Positions 1 through 8,882 of a DNA stretch of 20,500 bases are shown piece after piece (within the stretch, counting starts at the first letter, position 1; each line of letters begins with the position of its first letter). Below the pieces are notes generated by a model. That model was not told where the DNA came from. It made no database searches and saw only the letters and a program-made list of their open reading frames with translations. Both the position numbers and the translations under genes were made by a program. This DNA is from a virus (Duplodnaviria > Heunggongvirae > Uroviricota > Caudoviricetes): IMG/VR virus record IMGVR_UViG_2778261532_000014; one strand, written 5' to 3'.

Positions 1-1224
1 ATGGCGCTGTCTGATGCGTGGTTGCGTTCAGTCGTTGGAAAGGAACGTGATAAGGTTTTGGTTAAATCCGATCGTGATGGTCTGTCTGTCAGAGTATCAC
101 CGAAAGGTCGCGTAGTGTTCCAATATCGTTATCAATGGGCAGGGAAAGGTGAGCGTCTTGATATCGGAACTTACCCGGCAACTGGATTAAAAGAGGCCAG
201 AGAAGAAGTTATCCGTCTCCGTGGTGAACTCGAGTCAAACCGTAATCCACGATTGGTCAAGCAGGCTGAAAAACGAAAAGCTACTGAAGCCATGACGGTA
301 GAGTCTGTGATCCGTGCCTGGTATGAAGCATATTGTGTAAAAAATAAAAAAGGCTCTGAACAGATACTCCGCTCGTTTGAGCTGCACCTGTTCTCTAAAA
401 TCGGAAATATCCCTCACGATGCAGCTACATTGCATGATTGGTTAGAAGTCCTGGAGCCTCTTAGCACCAAGACTCCAGCAATAGCAGACCGATTGCTAAT
501 TAACGCAAAGCAGGCCCATGTCTGGGCGTATAAGAGAAAGCTCATTGAAACTCGCCCGCTGTCGGATATCACGGGTAAAGATATGGATATCCGTAAAGGT
601 CAGAAGAAACGGTTTCTGACACATGATGAAATTAAAATCCTTTATGCTGCGATCGATGGTTCTCGAATGGTTCCTAAATACCGGGCCTTCATTAAACTAT
701 TGCTGCATTTTGGCTGCCGTAGTTCAGAGCTAATTACCGCCAGGGTGGACGATTTTGATTTCATTAATAAAGTATGGACTGTACCACCAGAACGACATAA
801 GATTGGGGAGATAACGGGCGAACCGCTAAAGCGGCCCATTATTGAACCGGTTGAAGAGCTTATAAAGTACGCTATTTCTATGAACAATGGTTCCGATATG
901 CTTTTTACTAAGGAAGGAAGCAGGGAACCCGTTGGTCGGACATCATTGCAGTCGCTGCCTTACAATTTAATGCAGTACGCATGGCGGCGTTTGGGGTATC
1001 AATTCCCTCATTGGTCTCTTCATGATTTGAGGCGAACAGCACGAACAAACTTTTCTGATCTTACTGCGCCTCATATTGCAGAAATAATGCTAGGTCATAA
1101 ACTGCCAGGGGTATGGCAAGTTTATGACAAGAGCGATTATCTAGAAGAACAGCGTAAAGCCTACCAGGCATGGTGGGAGAGGGTTGAATTGATAGTTGCT
1201 TGTATTAGCTCAGACCCCAACTGA
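1..1224 (+). CDS. Phage tyrosine integrase (P4/IntA-like site-specific recombinase)
   Basis: 407-aa ORF beginning at window position 1; N-terminal arm-binding-like region; C-terminal catalytic signatures (GCRSSEL Arg box, HDLRRT His-x-x-Arg box, Tyr near C-terminus). May lack a few N-terminal codons if the true start lies upstream of the window. Confidence 0.9.
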   Translation: MALSDAWLRSVVGKERDKVLVKSDRDGLSVRVSPKGRVVFQYRYQWAGKGERLDIGTYPATGLKEAREEVIRLRGELESNRNPRLVKQAEKRKATEAMTVESVIRAWYEAYCVKNKKGSEQILRSFELHLFSKIGNIPHDAATLHDWLEVLEPLSTKTPAIADRLLINAKQAHVWAYKRKLIETRPLSDITGKDMDIRKGQKKRFLTHDEIKILYAAIDGSRMVPKYRAFIKLLLHFGCRSSELITARVDDFDFINKVWTVPPERHKIGEITGEPLKRPIIEPVEELIKYAISMNNGSDMLFTKEGSREPVGRTSLQSLPYNLMQYAWRRLGYQFPHWSLHDLRRTARTNFSDLTAPHIAEIMLGHKLPGVWQVYDKSDYLEEQRKAYQAWWERVELIVACISSDPN

Positions 1225-1492
1225 CCGTTTGCATAGCTAGAACGAAATAAAATCTGACAGTCCGCTTTGAGCGACAACTAGACCTCAAAATATCTGTTGG
1301 ATAATGGGGACAAAATACAATTTAAAAAACATATGCTTAATAAGCAACTTATTTTGTTTAAATTTATGAAACACTCTCTAAATTATCTCTTATGATTTAA
1401 CATTCTTTCTCTATCACATGTGTAAAAATATGGTTAAAAATGTTAACCAAGATGCATTATTAATGTGTTGATTTTTAAGGTTGTTTTTGTTT

Positions 1493-1520
1493 GCGCCTTG
1501 AATGCAAGGCGCTATTTATC
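1493..1520 (+). terminator. Possible hairpin terminator downstream of int
   Basis: 8-bp stem gcgccttg/caaggcgc with 4-nt loop followed by TATTTAT; weak U-tract, abuts the stop of the minus-strand gene at 1519. Confidence 0.3.
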
Positions 1521-2013
1521 AAGATAGTCTATTCAGATCAGTATTAGGTGTGTTTCTTTTTGATGCAAAGATGGATTTGAATCTTTTTGAGTAACTATCA
1601 AAAAACCATTTTGTATAATTACCTTCAATTTCCTCTAATATTGAATACTTCATCTCATGAAGTTCATTTTTATAATCACACTTTTTGCTTAACAAGTCTA
1701 AAGGTGTTGATCTGATAGATGACAACTGTTCATCACATAATAATTTCTTACCAATCCTTTGTGATAAATGAGACAGCTGCATTTCAATTAATGAGACACT
1801 GGAGGCTAAAAAATTATCCAACTCTAATTCTTTAGTATCTCTAGAAGAGAGCTTATCTAAAACATTATCAAAAAGAGATTCTATTTGCTGACAGATTTTA
1901 TCCTTTTGCCTTGAAATATCATTTCGCTTGAATGCTCTATTGTTGAAATAAGACGCAACAAGCCAACCAATTATAGCAATTACAATACTTGTATAATTAA
2001 CCTCTTCCTGCAT
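1519..2013 (-). CDS. Hypothetical protein with one N-terminal transmembrane helix (third gene of cargo operon)
   Basis: ORF in frame; ATG at 2013 (GTG at 2016 also possible); hydrophobic segment YTSIVIAIIGWLVASYF then charged coiled-coil-like region; overlaps upstream gene by 17 nt, suggesting translational coupling; AT-rich codon usage unlike flanking phage genes. Confidence 0.6.
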   Translation of the reverse strand: MQEEVNYTSIVIAIIGWLVASYFNNRAFKRNDISRQKDKICQQIESLFDNVLDKLSSRDTKELELDNFLASSVSLIEMQLSHLSQRIGKKLLCDEQLSSIRSTPLDLLSKKCDYKNELHEMKYSILEEIEGNYTKWFFDSYSKRFKSIFASKRNTPNTDLNRLS

Positions 2014-2329
2014 CACTCTCTGCCTTATTCAATCGTTCATCAATCAAGGTCTCAATACTCTTAATATCTTTATGAGTATAAGTTAGTTTTTTCTTAAGTT
2101 CGCTTAATGTGTAGCCTTCTACTCGGATCAAGCCACCAAACGCTTCATCAATAAATGAACGCCCATAACGGTTATATCCAGTCAACTCAACATGAACTAA
2201 ATCATACTCTTTGAGAAAGCCTGCCAGATATTTGCGAAAGTTTTCCCCACAGCCTGCCCCATCGTCTGGATAGCGCCCGTAAGGCTTACTGTTGAAGTCT
2301 TTGATAACATTGATATTTTTAGTCTTCAT
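1997..2329 (-). CDS. STAS-like (DUF4325-type, anti-sigma-factor-antagonist-like) small protein
   Basis: 110-aa ORF; AAGG RBS upstream of ATG at 2329; overlaps upstream ATPase gene by 11 nt; sequence pattern (YGRYPDDG...SFIDEAFGGL) recalled as typical of DUF4325/STAS-like proteins that pair with GHKL ATPases. Family assignment from memory, not a search. Confidence 0.6.
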   Translation of the reverse strand: MKTKNINVIKDFNSKPYGRYPDDGAGCGENFRKYLAGFLKEYDLVHVELTGYNRYGRSFIDEAFGGLIRVEGYTLSELKKKLTYTHKDIKSIETLIDERLNKAESDAGRG

Positions 2330-3428
2330 AGCTGACCTTGATGTTCCACTGAATTAAAGTACCTGGTACTTTATGAGTTAACTCATTAATTTTATCACCT
2401 TTCTTATTAGAAAGCTTGAACATACCTAAATTACTGTAAATCCAAAGATTTCCATGTTCATTATTTAGTACTAGAGCTTTAATACTCTTACTTCCTTGAC
2501 CATGTTTATCATTGGCTGTACCGGTTACGTCTCCAATCATAGAAATTGCTATTTTTACTGCATCAGAAACAATACCTACTTTTACTTTAGAGCGCTCTTT
2601 ATAACCTAAACCTATTCTCTCAAGTTCTTCGTTAACCGCAACCTTTAGATCTGGATATTTTGATTTGAGCGTACTCATAAACCATGTCTTTTGCATTACA
2701 GTTTCAGGTATACCAACACCTTCATCATATATAGCAAGATAAAGCTGGTCATGAATTACGTGACATGCAAGCCACCATCGTTTCTCATCATTATTTTTAT
2801 GCGGATAGGCGTGTAAACCAACATTATTTATTGCTTCCTGAACAGCATCTGCATATGTATGTTCTGTTTCAGGTTTCATCTTGTTTTTATAAATTTCTTT
2901 CTGGATGAAATCTATAATCTCATCTCTATATTCTCCTCCTACCCCGCTAATAATGGGCAAGTTTTCAACGTTTTCGAAGACAGGTTTTAATTTTTCGCCC
3001 CGACATAAGGCGACAAGACCTGAGTCTCTTAAAAGCTGATTAACTTTAAAATCTGTTGAAAATAATAATCTGTACGATAAACCTTTACGAATTGAAGTTT
3101 CAACACTGGCATAAAGTATTACTAATGCTGCCATTTTTATTGTTTTTGTATTTGTAAAATCTAAATATAATCTCTCATCAGGATTATATTTTATATTCCT
3201 GACGTGATTTATCGAGTGTAGAGAGTGCGCAAAAAAATTAGGCTTATCTGGTGAATATATTGAAAACTCAGATGGAAACCGAATAAAGGTATTATCTTTT
3301 TTCTTTTGAGATTTTTTTTGTTGACGAAACTGCGAATACTCTTTCCCTTGACGGGAAACACTTCGCTGCCATCTTTTAAAAGCCAGCCTAATTCTTACAC
3401 TTTTTTCCTTATTGGCCTTGTTTTCCAT
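2319..3428 (-). CDS. GHKL-superfamily ATPase / anti-sigma-factor-type Ser kinase-like protein with ~180-aa unknown N-terminal domain
   Basis: 369-aa ORF; AGGGGA RBS; Bergerat-fold motifs: N-box EAINNVGLHAY (SpoIIAB/RsbW-like E-x-x-N-x-x-x-H), G1 box DEGVGIP, G2-like GQGSKS; AT-rich. Confidence 0.8.
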   Translation of the reverse strand: MENKANKEKSVRIRLAFKRWQRSVSRQGKEYSQFRQQKKSQKKKDNTFIRFPSEFSIYSPDKPNFFAHSLHSINHVRNIKYNPDERLYLDFTNTKTIKMAALVILYASVETSIRKGLSYRLLFSTDFKVNQLLRDSGLVALCRGEKLKPVFENVENLPIISGVGGEYRDEIIDFIQKEIYKNKMKPETEHTYADAVQEAINNVGLHAYPHKNNDEKRWWLACHVIHDQLYLAIYDEGVGIPETVMQKTWFMSTLKSKYPDLKVAVNEELERIGLGYKERSKVKVGIVSDAVKIAISMIGDVTGTANDKHGQGSKSIKALVLNNEHGNLWIYSNLGMFKLSNKKGDKINELTHKVPGTLIQWNIKVSYED

Positions 3429-4206
3429 GTGTCCCCTATCAATATGCTGTTCTTTTCATACTACGAATGATAGTACAATTAAACCAAGATTGGTATACAG
3501 ACCACCCGTCGTCCAGCACAAAAATTTTGTTGGTGGTGAGGTTGAAAAACGCAGTTAAATCATATAGATATGGTTTCTTGAGTATAAAAATACCGTTCTT
3601 AGCCATGCTCAAGAACGGCTTGGTTTTGTTGTTGATAAAAATACTAAAGCTTTAACGAGTCTTAAATCAATATTGAAATAACAAAATCAAATTAATTAAC
3701 AAGAGGTTTATCATTGAAAAAATATAACCCAAGAAAAATCATTAATTTTGAGTTCCAATTAATACAAAATACAACTTAATAATGCTCATGAATATATTAA
3801 ATCATTAATGCAGATAGTATTATTACCGAATAGGAACACAGCAACTTAGCTTATTCTGCCCTATTTATACCACTGCTCCTGACCTTGTGTGGTAGCAGGA
3901 GCATCAGACCAGTCACGATTCTTGGGTTGCTGACTTGGGGCACGATCATTACTTGATACATTCTACTTTTCTTCCTTGAGAACCTTAATATTTCCATATG
4001 TCGCTACTTTACACTCCTGCTTTCAGGCCTACATTCATACGGGGTTCAGCGTGCTTTAAACTATACTTCGCTTACCATTAAAATATTGTATTTCTTAGTA
4101 TCAGCCGATGACTTTACCCTTTTGGGGCTCGGGACATTTTCTCTTGTATATTTCAGGAAAATATTAAATAACCATTTATCCATATAGTGATGTCAACTAA
4201 TAGCTA

Positions 4207-4401
4207 CTACTCAATAATTCCAGCAAATCTGTATATCTTGTGTGATGCCCATTTATTTGGGCAGGATTTAATATCCGGATCTGGAAAGTCAGGCCTGTAT
4301 TTCTGGCCCGTTCTCCTGTTTACACTGTTCCAGCGAAGAACAGTCGATACTGAAACGCCACAGAATTCGGCAACTTGTTTTGTTGTCATTAAGTTGTTCA
4401 T
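4207..4401 (-). CDS. Excisionase-family HTH DNA-binding protein (Xis/AlpA-like)
   Basis: 64-aa ORF; strong AGGAGG RBS; MTTKQVAEFCGVSVSTVLRW helix-turn-helix typical of excisionase/AlpA-type regulators; last gene of leftward operon on the integrase side. Confidence 0.8.
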   Translation of the reverse strand: MNNLMTTKQVAEFCGVSVSTVLRWNSVNRRTGQKYRPDFPDPDIKSCPNKWASHKIYRFAGIIE

Positions 4402-5180
4402 TACTTCACCTCCTGCGGCGGCTCCGGTAGCGGTATCCAGTGGGTTACTTTCGATGCCGGTTCTTCCCCATCGTCAGTAACTGCCCACCATTTGTTTCTC
4501 GACCAATCGTAATACCCTTCGAAGGTATCGCACTCAGTCCAGCCGTAAGACTTCCCCCAACACCAAACATACTGTTTATCATTCGGCATTCGCTCACTAC
4601 AGCTTATCCAACCACCCGGACTTACCGGAGAGTTGCCAGACAGCGCGTTCTGCAGCCGTTCCAGCTTAACGTATTCCTGAACCCTGTTTCCGTCGCACAC
4701 CTGAAGCCATTGCGCAGCCTTTTGCGCATCAGTGTGAAAGGCACAAGTGCGACCGTCATCAAATTGCATTTCGTAGAGGTCAGCAACTTGTTCAAACTGC
4801 GTGTGTGGTGACTTGTAAGTTTGGTTTACAGGTTCGGCACCATGAAGCATGGCGGCGCGGCAGGCGTTCCAGCCTTCATCAAAACCGACTATGCCATTAT
4901 TTAAAGACGGACGAGCATCTGGCACTACCGGCACTGGCTTGGCTATATATAGCGGCTGAACATACCAGCTCTTTGATAACCAACTGTCAGCAATGTTTTT
5001 ACTCCTCGTTATTGCCGGAATACCTAAGCCATTTTCTGAATGCAGCCATGCCACCGGCTCCTCTTCTAGCGATGCCAGAGCAATTTCATAAGCACGGCGC
5101 TCAATATCGTCTCGAACCTCTAGGCTGCTGATTCGTTCTTTGATTTCTTTAATCAGTTCTTTGTCGGTAAACGTGATCAT
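4401..5180 (-). CDS. DUF551 domain phage protein (yfdT-like position)
   Basis: 259-aa ORF; GGAGG RBS; C-terminal W-rich DUF551-like segment (WISCSERMPNDKQ...THWIPLPEPP); stop overlaps next start. Confidence 0.75.
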   Translation of the reverse strand: MITFTDKELIKEIKERISSLEVRDDIERRAYEIALASLEEEPVAWLHSENGLGIPAITRSKNIADSWLSKSWYVQPLYIAKPVPVVPDARPSLNNGIVGFDEGWNACRAAMLHGAEPVNQTYKSPHTQFEQVADLYEMQFDDGRTCAFHTDAQKAAQWLQVCDGNRVQEYVKLERLQNALSGNSPVSPGGWISCSERMPNDKQYVWCWGKSYGWTECDTFEGYYDWSRNKWWAVTDDGEEPASKVTHWIPLPEPPQEVK

Positions 5181-5542
5181 TATGCTCCTGCCTCCGGTGC
5201 TTTCGGCATTACTGCCCAGTGAGTGATATTGACGTTTTCAAGGTCCCCGACCTGAAATGTCCACTGCCATTCTCCGGTTTCTTTTTGTCCCCAGGTGTAC
5301 CAGAGAGAACGCCAGCCAATTAGCCAGCCTTCTCCGTTAGCATCAAATAACAGAACACTTTCATTTGCTGGTGGCAGTTCAGCTGACACTGGTATTATTT
5401 TGTTTTCCAGTGCCGCACATTTAGCTTCAAGCGCATCGAATTTACGTACCAGGTACTCAGCATTTGTTTCGTTCACTTTCAGATCTCGCGGTACACATTT
5501 CCCGCGAAGAAACCCTTCCATTTCGAAAACATTCATGCGCAT
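5180..5542 (-). CDS. Hypothetical phage protein (yfdS-like, DUF551-related C-terminus)
   Basis: 120-aa ORF; alternative ATG at 5536 would give ATGA overlap with upstream stop; C-terminal ITHWAVMPKAPE resembles DUF551. Confidence 0.65.
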   Translation of the reverse strand: MRMNVFEMEGFLRGKCVPRDLKVNETNAEYLVRKFDALEAKCAALENKIIPVSAELPPANESVLLFDANGEGWLIGWRSLWYTWGQKETGEWQWTFQVGDLENVNITHWAVMPKAPEAGA

Positions 5543-6069
5543 TTGCGTAACTCCGATAACTCGTTAAAACGTTCCATAAACACCCCGTAGGCATGGCCTG
5601 GTGACAGTGGAATCACTTTGAACATCTCTGTTGCCGGGATGCCTTCCAGTACCGGCCAGAAAGAGCCATCATCAAGCCCGAGATCGCGGCGTTCGGTTGC
5701 CAGCATAATGAGATCGGCATATTTCACTGGCGTGCTCATAACAGGAGGTAACCCGTATTTCTCACGGATTACGGCGTCTATTTTTTCTTCCATCCGTTTA
5801 TAGTCAGGAAGAAGGCGTTTCAGTGGCGCGGGGATGTCCTGGCAATATGCTTCTGTTGCATCATGCATTAACGCTTCAAAAGCAAATTCCTGCGGCACCA
5901 GCTGGCTGCAAAGCACCGCATGTTGGGCGACACTGTAGAAGTGTGAAAGATGACCGGCAAAGCGACAGATATTTGAAAGGGAAACCGCGATATCGTTAAT
6001 CACGATGTCGTCTTTATTTATCCTGTCATAATAAAAATGCTTCCCGGAAAAAGTTTTAATAAATGACAT
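5533..6069 (-). CDS. yfdR: HD-domain phosphohydrolase (5'-deoxynucleotidase YfdR-like)
   Basis: HD motif (LMHDATEAY); start placed at internal ATG 6069 preceded by GGAG RBS, giving 178 aa, the size of K-12 YfdR; the ORF track extends to GTG at 6099. Confidence 0.8.
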   Translation of the reverse strand: MSFIKTFSGKHFYYDRINKDDIVINDIAVSLSNICRFAGHLSHFYSVAQHAVLCSQLVPQEFAFEALMHDATEAYCQDIPAPLKRLLPDYKRMEEKIDAVIREKYGLPPVMSTPVKYADLIMLATERRDLGLDDGSFWPVLEGIPATEMFKVIPLSPGHAYGVFMERFNELSELRKCA

Positions 6070-6196
6070 TTTGTTCTCCGCGTATATGTGCTGCACCACG
6101 CTGAATTCTGGTAAAAGGAAGCCCTCACCATCCGGCGATTATTGAGTCAATTACGTTTCCATAAATGCCCCCGCAGGGGCATTTGCAGTAATGAAA

Positions 6197-7021
6197 TCAG
6201 GCGGTGAAAGTACCAATAAAGGTTTCTACTTTGCTGTCTTTGAATTTCTCAACAAGCAGATCACGAAATTCGTTAGCCATTTCTTCCTGCACCGCCTCCA
6301 GCTGAATAATGCGCAGAACCAGTACAGGACGATCGCCAGTGATAATGCTGAGGCGTAATTTAAATGGACGTTCTTTCAGACCTTCAAACGGAACGCATTT
6401 AAATTCAAATGCCACTGGCATAATATCTTTGGTTTTCGCTTCGACAGACTCCATCAGGGAGCGTTTGCCGCTGAAGTCATTATCTTCAAAATCAGCGGTC
6501 TGGTTTGCTTCAATCGTGATTTTACGGACAGCCGCAGCCGCTTTTGTTGCCTGAATAGCGTCACCATTAGCATCAAAGCCCACAAGGTAGTCGGCCCAGT
6601 CTTCAATCCATTCTGCCAGTGACTTCTGGGAATGACGCTCGCTATTAACAGACAACAGAGCAGAGAACGGTGCTGTCTTTTTCAGTTTGAGAGTGGCGGT
6701 GTTATCTGCGTGACCTGGTTCATCAATAGTACCCAGGTTAAGCACACTGACGGCTCGCATATTATCGGCATCGATAAAGCAGCGGGTGCCTTCATCTGCA
6801 AGATCTTTAGAATAACGGGTAAAGTCATCGATGCTGGCAGTGGAAAGCGCACCACGGAAACGGAAGCGATTTAAATTAAATTTTTCCAGATCATGAATGC
6901 GGAAATTCTCAGGCAATGCCACAGCATCGGCACCAATCTTACTGATAATTTCATTAACACCCTGAGCAGAAATAAGAGCATGGATTTGATTAATTGCGGT
7001 TGCGTCTAAGTTCTGAGACAT
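6197..7021 (-). CDS. yfdQ: YfdQ family protein (DUF2303), prophage early protein
   Basis: 274-aa ORF, same length and operon position as CPS-53 YfdQ; GAGGA RBS; coherent codon usage. Confidence 0.75.
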   Translation of the reverse strand: MSQNLDATAINQIHALISAQGVNEIISKIGADAVALPENFRIHDLEKFNLNRFRFRGALSTASIDDFTRYSKDLADEGTRCFIDADNMRAVSVLNLGTIDEPGHADNTATLKLKKTAPFSALLSVNSERHSQKSLAEWIEDWADYLVGFDANGDAIQATKAAAAVRKITIEANQTADFEDNDFSGKRSLMESVEAKTKDIMPVAFEFKCVPFEGLKERPFKLRLSIITGDRPVLVLRIIQLEAVQEEMANEFRDLLVEKFKDSKVETFIGTFTA

Positions 7022-7086
7022 AATAAGTCCTCACTATATAAAGATATTCAGTGATGAGATAAATAATCAGTTAATTAAGAACGATA

Positions 7087-7449
7087 TTAATGACCTGCTG
7101 CGCGAAGTTTTCCGTCAGGTTCACCGGCAAGAGTCAGTAATTGTCCCTGGTCTTCCTGCAGAATAGTCAGGCGCCCACCGCGATTGACATACATCGGCGT
7201 TTCGGTGGTGTCTTCTTCAGAAATTTTCCCGCGGTTAGTCGGGCGAACATATGAGAGTTTGTGTTTGATTTTCACACGGTTCTCATCAAACGGTTCGATT
7301 TCCAGGTTGAGCGAGACCTTACCTTTGGTTTTCGTGTTCATCACACCGGAAGCGACTTCACTGAGAACAGCGCCGATTTTGGTTTCAAATACGCCGCCGT
7401 CCAGCTCCCCGATAAATGCCTGCACATCAGTACTGCGTTCGCTAGCCAT
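7087..7449 (-). CDS. Hypothetical phage protein (yfdP-like position), 120 aa
   Basis: Start placed at ATG 7449 preceded by GGAGCAGGAAA RBS; the 197-aa upstream extension in the ORF track is Arg/Ser/Cys/Pro-rich and crosses a long inverted repeat, so judged non-coding. Confidence 0.7.
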   Translation of the reverse strand: MASERSTDVQAFIGELDGGVFETKIGAVLSEVASGVMNTKTKGKVSLNLEIEPFDENRVKIKHKLSYVRPTNRGKISEEDTTETPMYVNRGGRLTILQEDQGQLLTLAGEPDGKLRAAGH

Positions 7450-7497
7450 TTTCCTGCTCCTCATCATATCGACCCTGCAAGGCCGATTAGTTTCTCC

Positions 7498-7586
7498 ACA
7501 AAACAGAGAAGAACACCTGCGGTGACTGCCGCCCGGATGGATTGGGTTATGAGCCCGTCGTCCGGTGATGCTCTTCTCTGTTTTGT
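7498..7586. repeat. Long inverted repeat (15-bp perfect arms, 59-nt spacer)
   Basis: acaaaacagagaaga (7498-7512) pairs with tcttctctgttttgt (7572-7586); lies in the non-coding tract between the leftward operon and cI. Confidence 0.5.
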
Positions 7587-8045
7587 AAAAAGAGCGGTAC
7601 CAGCTGGAAGCAAGGGTACAAACTGGTACCGCCAAAGCAGTGGCTGTTGTGGTGGGGTTGTCACTCAGGCGTATGGTCAACCTGACAATCCGGTGTCCTC
7701 AACGGGGAAAGAGTAACCCCGCCATACTTACCGCCGCGCCATTTCGCGGATTACCACAACGCTGAGAGCACTTAGCCAGTTACGGCACCACACTTTGTCG
7801 CGGCTCCATAAATGCCCTCATCGTTGCACCCTGGTCTCTTCCCAGGCGTCAAACCGAATCGCCACGCTGGTTAGGCGTCTTATCAGCATCATCATTGACT
7901 TGCACATTCCGGCTACCTGGTTTGTTTGCCCGAGCAAGGAGTGGATTGTCCCCTTTAACGTCACCAGACCGCTAACGACGCATGTGCCATACGCCGTGTT
8001 ACAACCAAATTTTGTTTTAATCTTGCCTGTGTCATGTTTCTTTTG

Positions 8046-8060
8046 GATACATTATGTATC
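8046..8060. promoter_or_regulatory. Candidate left operator (OL-like) palindrome
   Basis: GATACAttaTGTATC palindrome followed by GGGTACATTGTCAAG; shares TACA/TGTA and GGTACA half-sites with the cI-cro intergenic palindrome. Confidence 0.4.
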
Positions 8061-8081
8061 TCATGGGTACATTGTCAAGCA

Positions 8082-8105
8082 TAAAAAAACCTGCCGAAGC
8101 AGGTT
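8082..8105 (-). terminator. Rho-independent terminator downstream of cI
   Basis: On minus strand: 6-bp stem (acctgc/gcaggt) with cgaa loop followed by TTTTTTT (plus-strand A-run 8083-8089); 13 nt after the cI stop. Confidence 0.65.
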
Positions 8106-8117
8106 CATAAATATTGA

Positions 8118-8792
8118 TTAGGCCTTTATTGTGTATCTTCTTGGTTTTCCCGAGAAAATCACTGTACCAATTATAGAGCAATTACCGTTAATCTTAATGT
8201 AAGGCTCAGGCCAGTTTGGGTTTAATGCTTTGAGATAACGCTGTGTTCCATCTTCTATCAACCGCTTGAAGGTGGTTTCGCCTGAATCGTGCATCAATGC
8301 AATAACGTCGTCACCGTGGCAGGCAGGGACTTCAGGATCTACAAAAATCATGTCTCCCGGGCGGTACTCATCAATCATTGAATCACCAATCACCCGCAAG
8401 ATATAAGTCATTTCGCCACAGGGTACAGGGCAGGGATAAGTTTCTGCTGTGCTCAAATCAACCTCAGAATAGCCAACTTCTTTCCATGCTCCGGCCTGTA
8501 CCCATGATATGACAGGGACTAACGTTATTTGTTTGTTAGTAATTGAAACATCAGGTTTTTTTGTGATGTTTGTTGTCTGGTGTTCTTGATCAAGCCATCC
8601 GACAGGCAGGTCGAAACATTTTTCGATGTGCCGTGCCATGCTGTCACCGATATTTTTAGTAGCACCATCTCCCATAAACCTGCTGGTCTGGGTTGGCTCG
8701 CGATCAATCATGGTGGCAAAGGAAGAATTCCCGCCAACACCATCTCTCAGTTTTCTGGCGTTAGACCGCCGGATGTCATGGACTGTTTTCAT
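8118..8792 (-). CDS. CI-like phage repressor (N-terminal HTH, C-terminal S24 LexA-like autopeptidase domain)
   Basis: 224-aa ORF; C-terminal GDSM (Ser nucleophile) and downstream Lys typical of S24 peptidases; divergent from cro. Confidence 0.9.
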   Translation of the reverse strand: MKTVHDIRRSNARKLRDGVGGNSSFATMIDREPTQTSRFMGDGATKNIGDSMARHIEKCFDLPVGWLDQEHQTTNITKKPDVSITNKQITLVPVISWVQAGAWKEVGYSEVDLSTAETYPCPVPCGEMTYILRVIGDSMIDEYRPGDMIFVDPEVPACHGDDVIALMHDSGETTFKRLIEDGTQRYLKALNPNWPEPYIKINGNCSIIGTVIFSGKPRRYTIKA

Positions 8793-8882
8793 AACGAAAT
8801 TAAAACCTTTGTACCGATAGGGTACAAGTATCTTGAAGGTTCATCTCAATCATGTAATATGTATATCGGAGGTACATATTGT
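8793..8882. promoter_or_regulatory. Divergent cI/cro promoter-operator region (OR-like)
   Basis: 90-bp intergenic between divergent starts; palindrome TTGTACC-gatag-GGTACAA at 8809-8827 and related TACAtatTGTA element abutting the cro start. Confidence 0.6.

Noticed and set aside
3467-3655. 62-aa plus-strand ORF in the cargo operon's upstream region
   Set aside because: No RBS, hydrophobic low-complexity product, sits in an AT-rich promoter-like tract.
4187-5567. Plus-strand ORFs (97, 123, 108, 90 aa) across the leftward operon
   Set aside because: All are antisense to better-supported minus-strand genes with RBSs and coupled stops/starts; products are low-complexity.
7450-7680. N-terminal extension making the yfdP-like gene 197 aa
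   Set aside because: Extension is Arg/Ser/Cys/Pro-rich, crosses the long inverted repeat, and the internal ATG at 7449 has a strong RBS and yields the expected 120 aa.
8580-8882. Upstream extension of cro to a 167-aa ORF
   Set aside because: Lies antisense inside the cI coding sequence and promoter region; a GGAGG-ATG start at 8883 gives a 66-aa Cro-sized protein.
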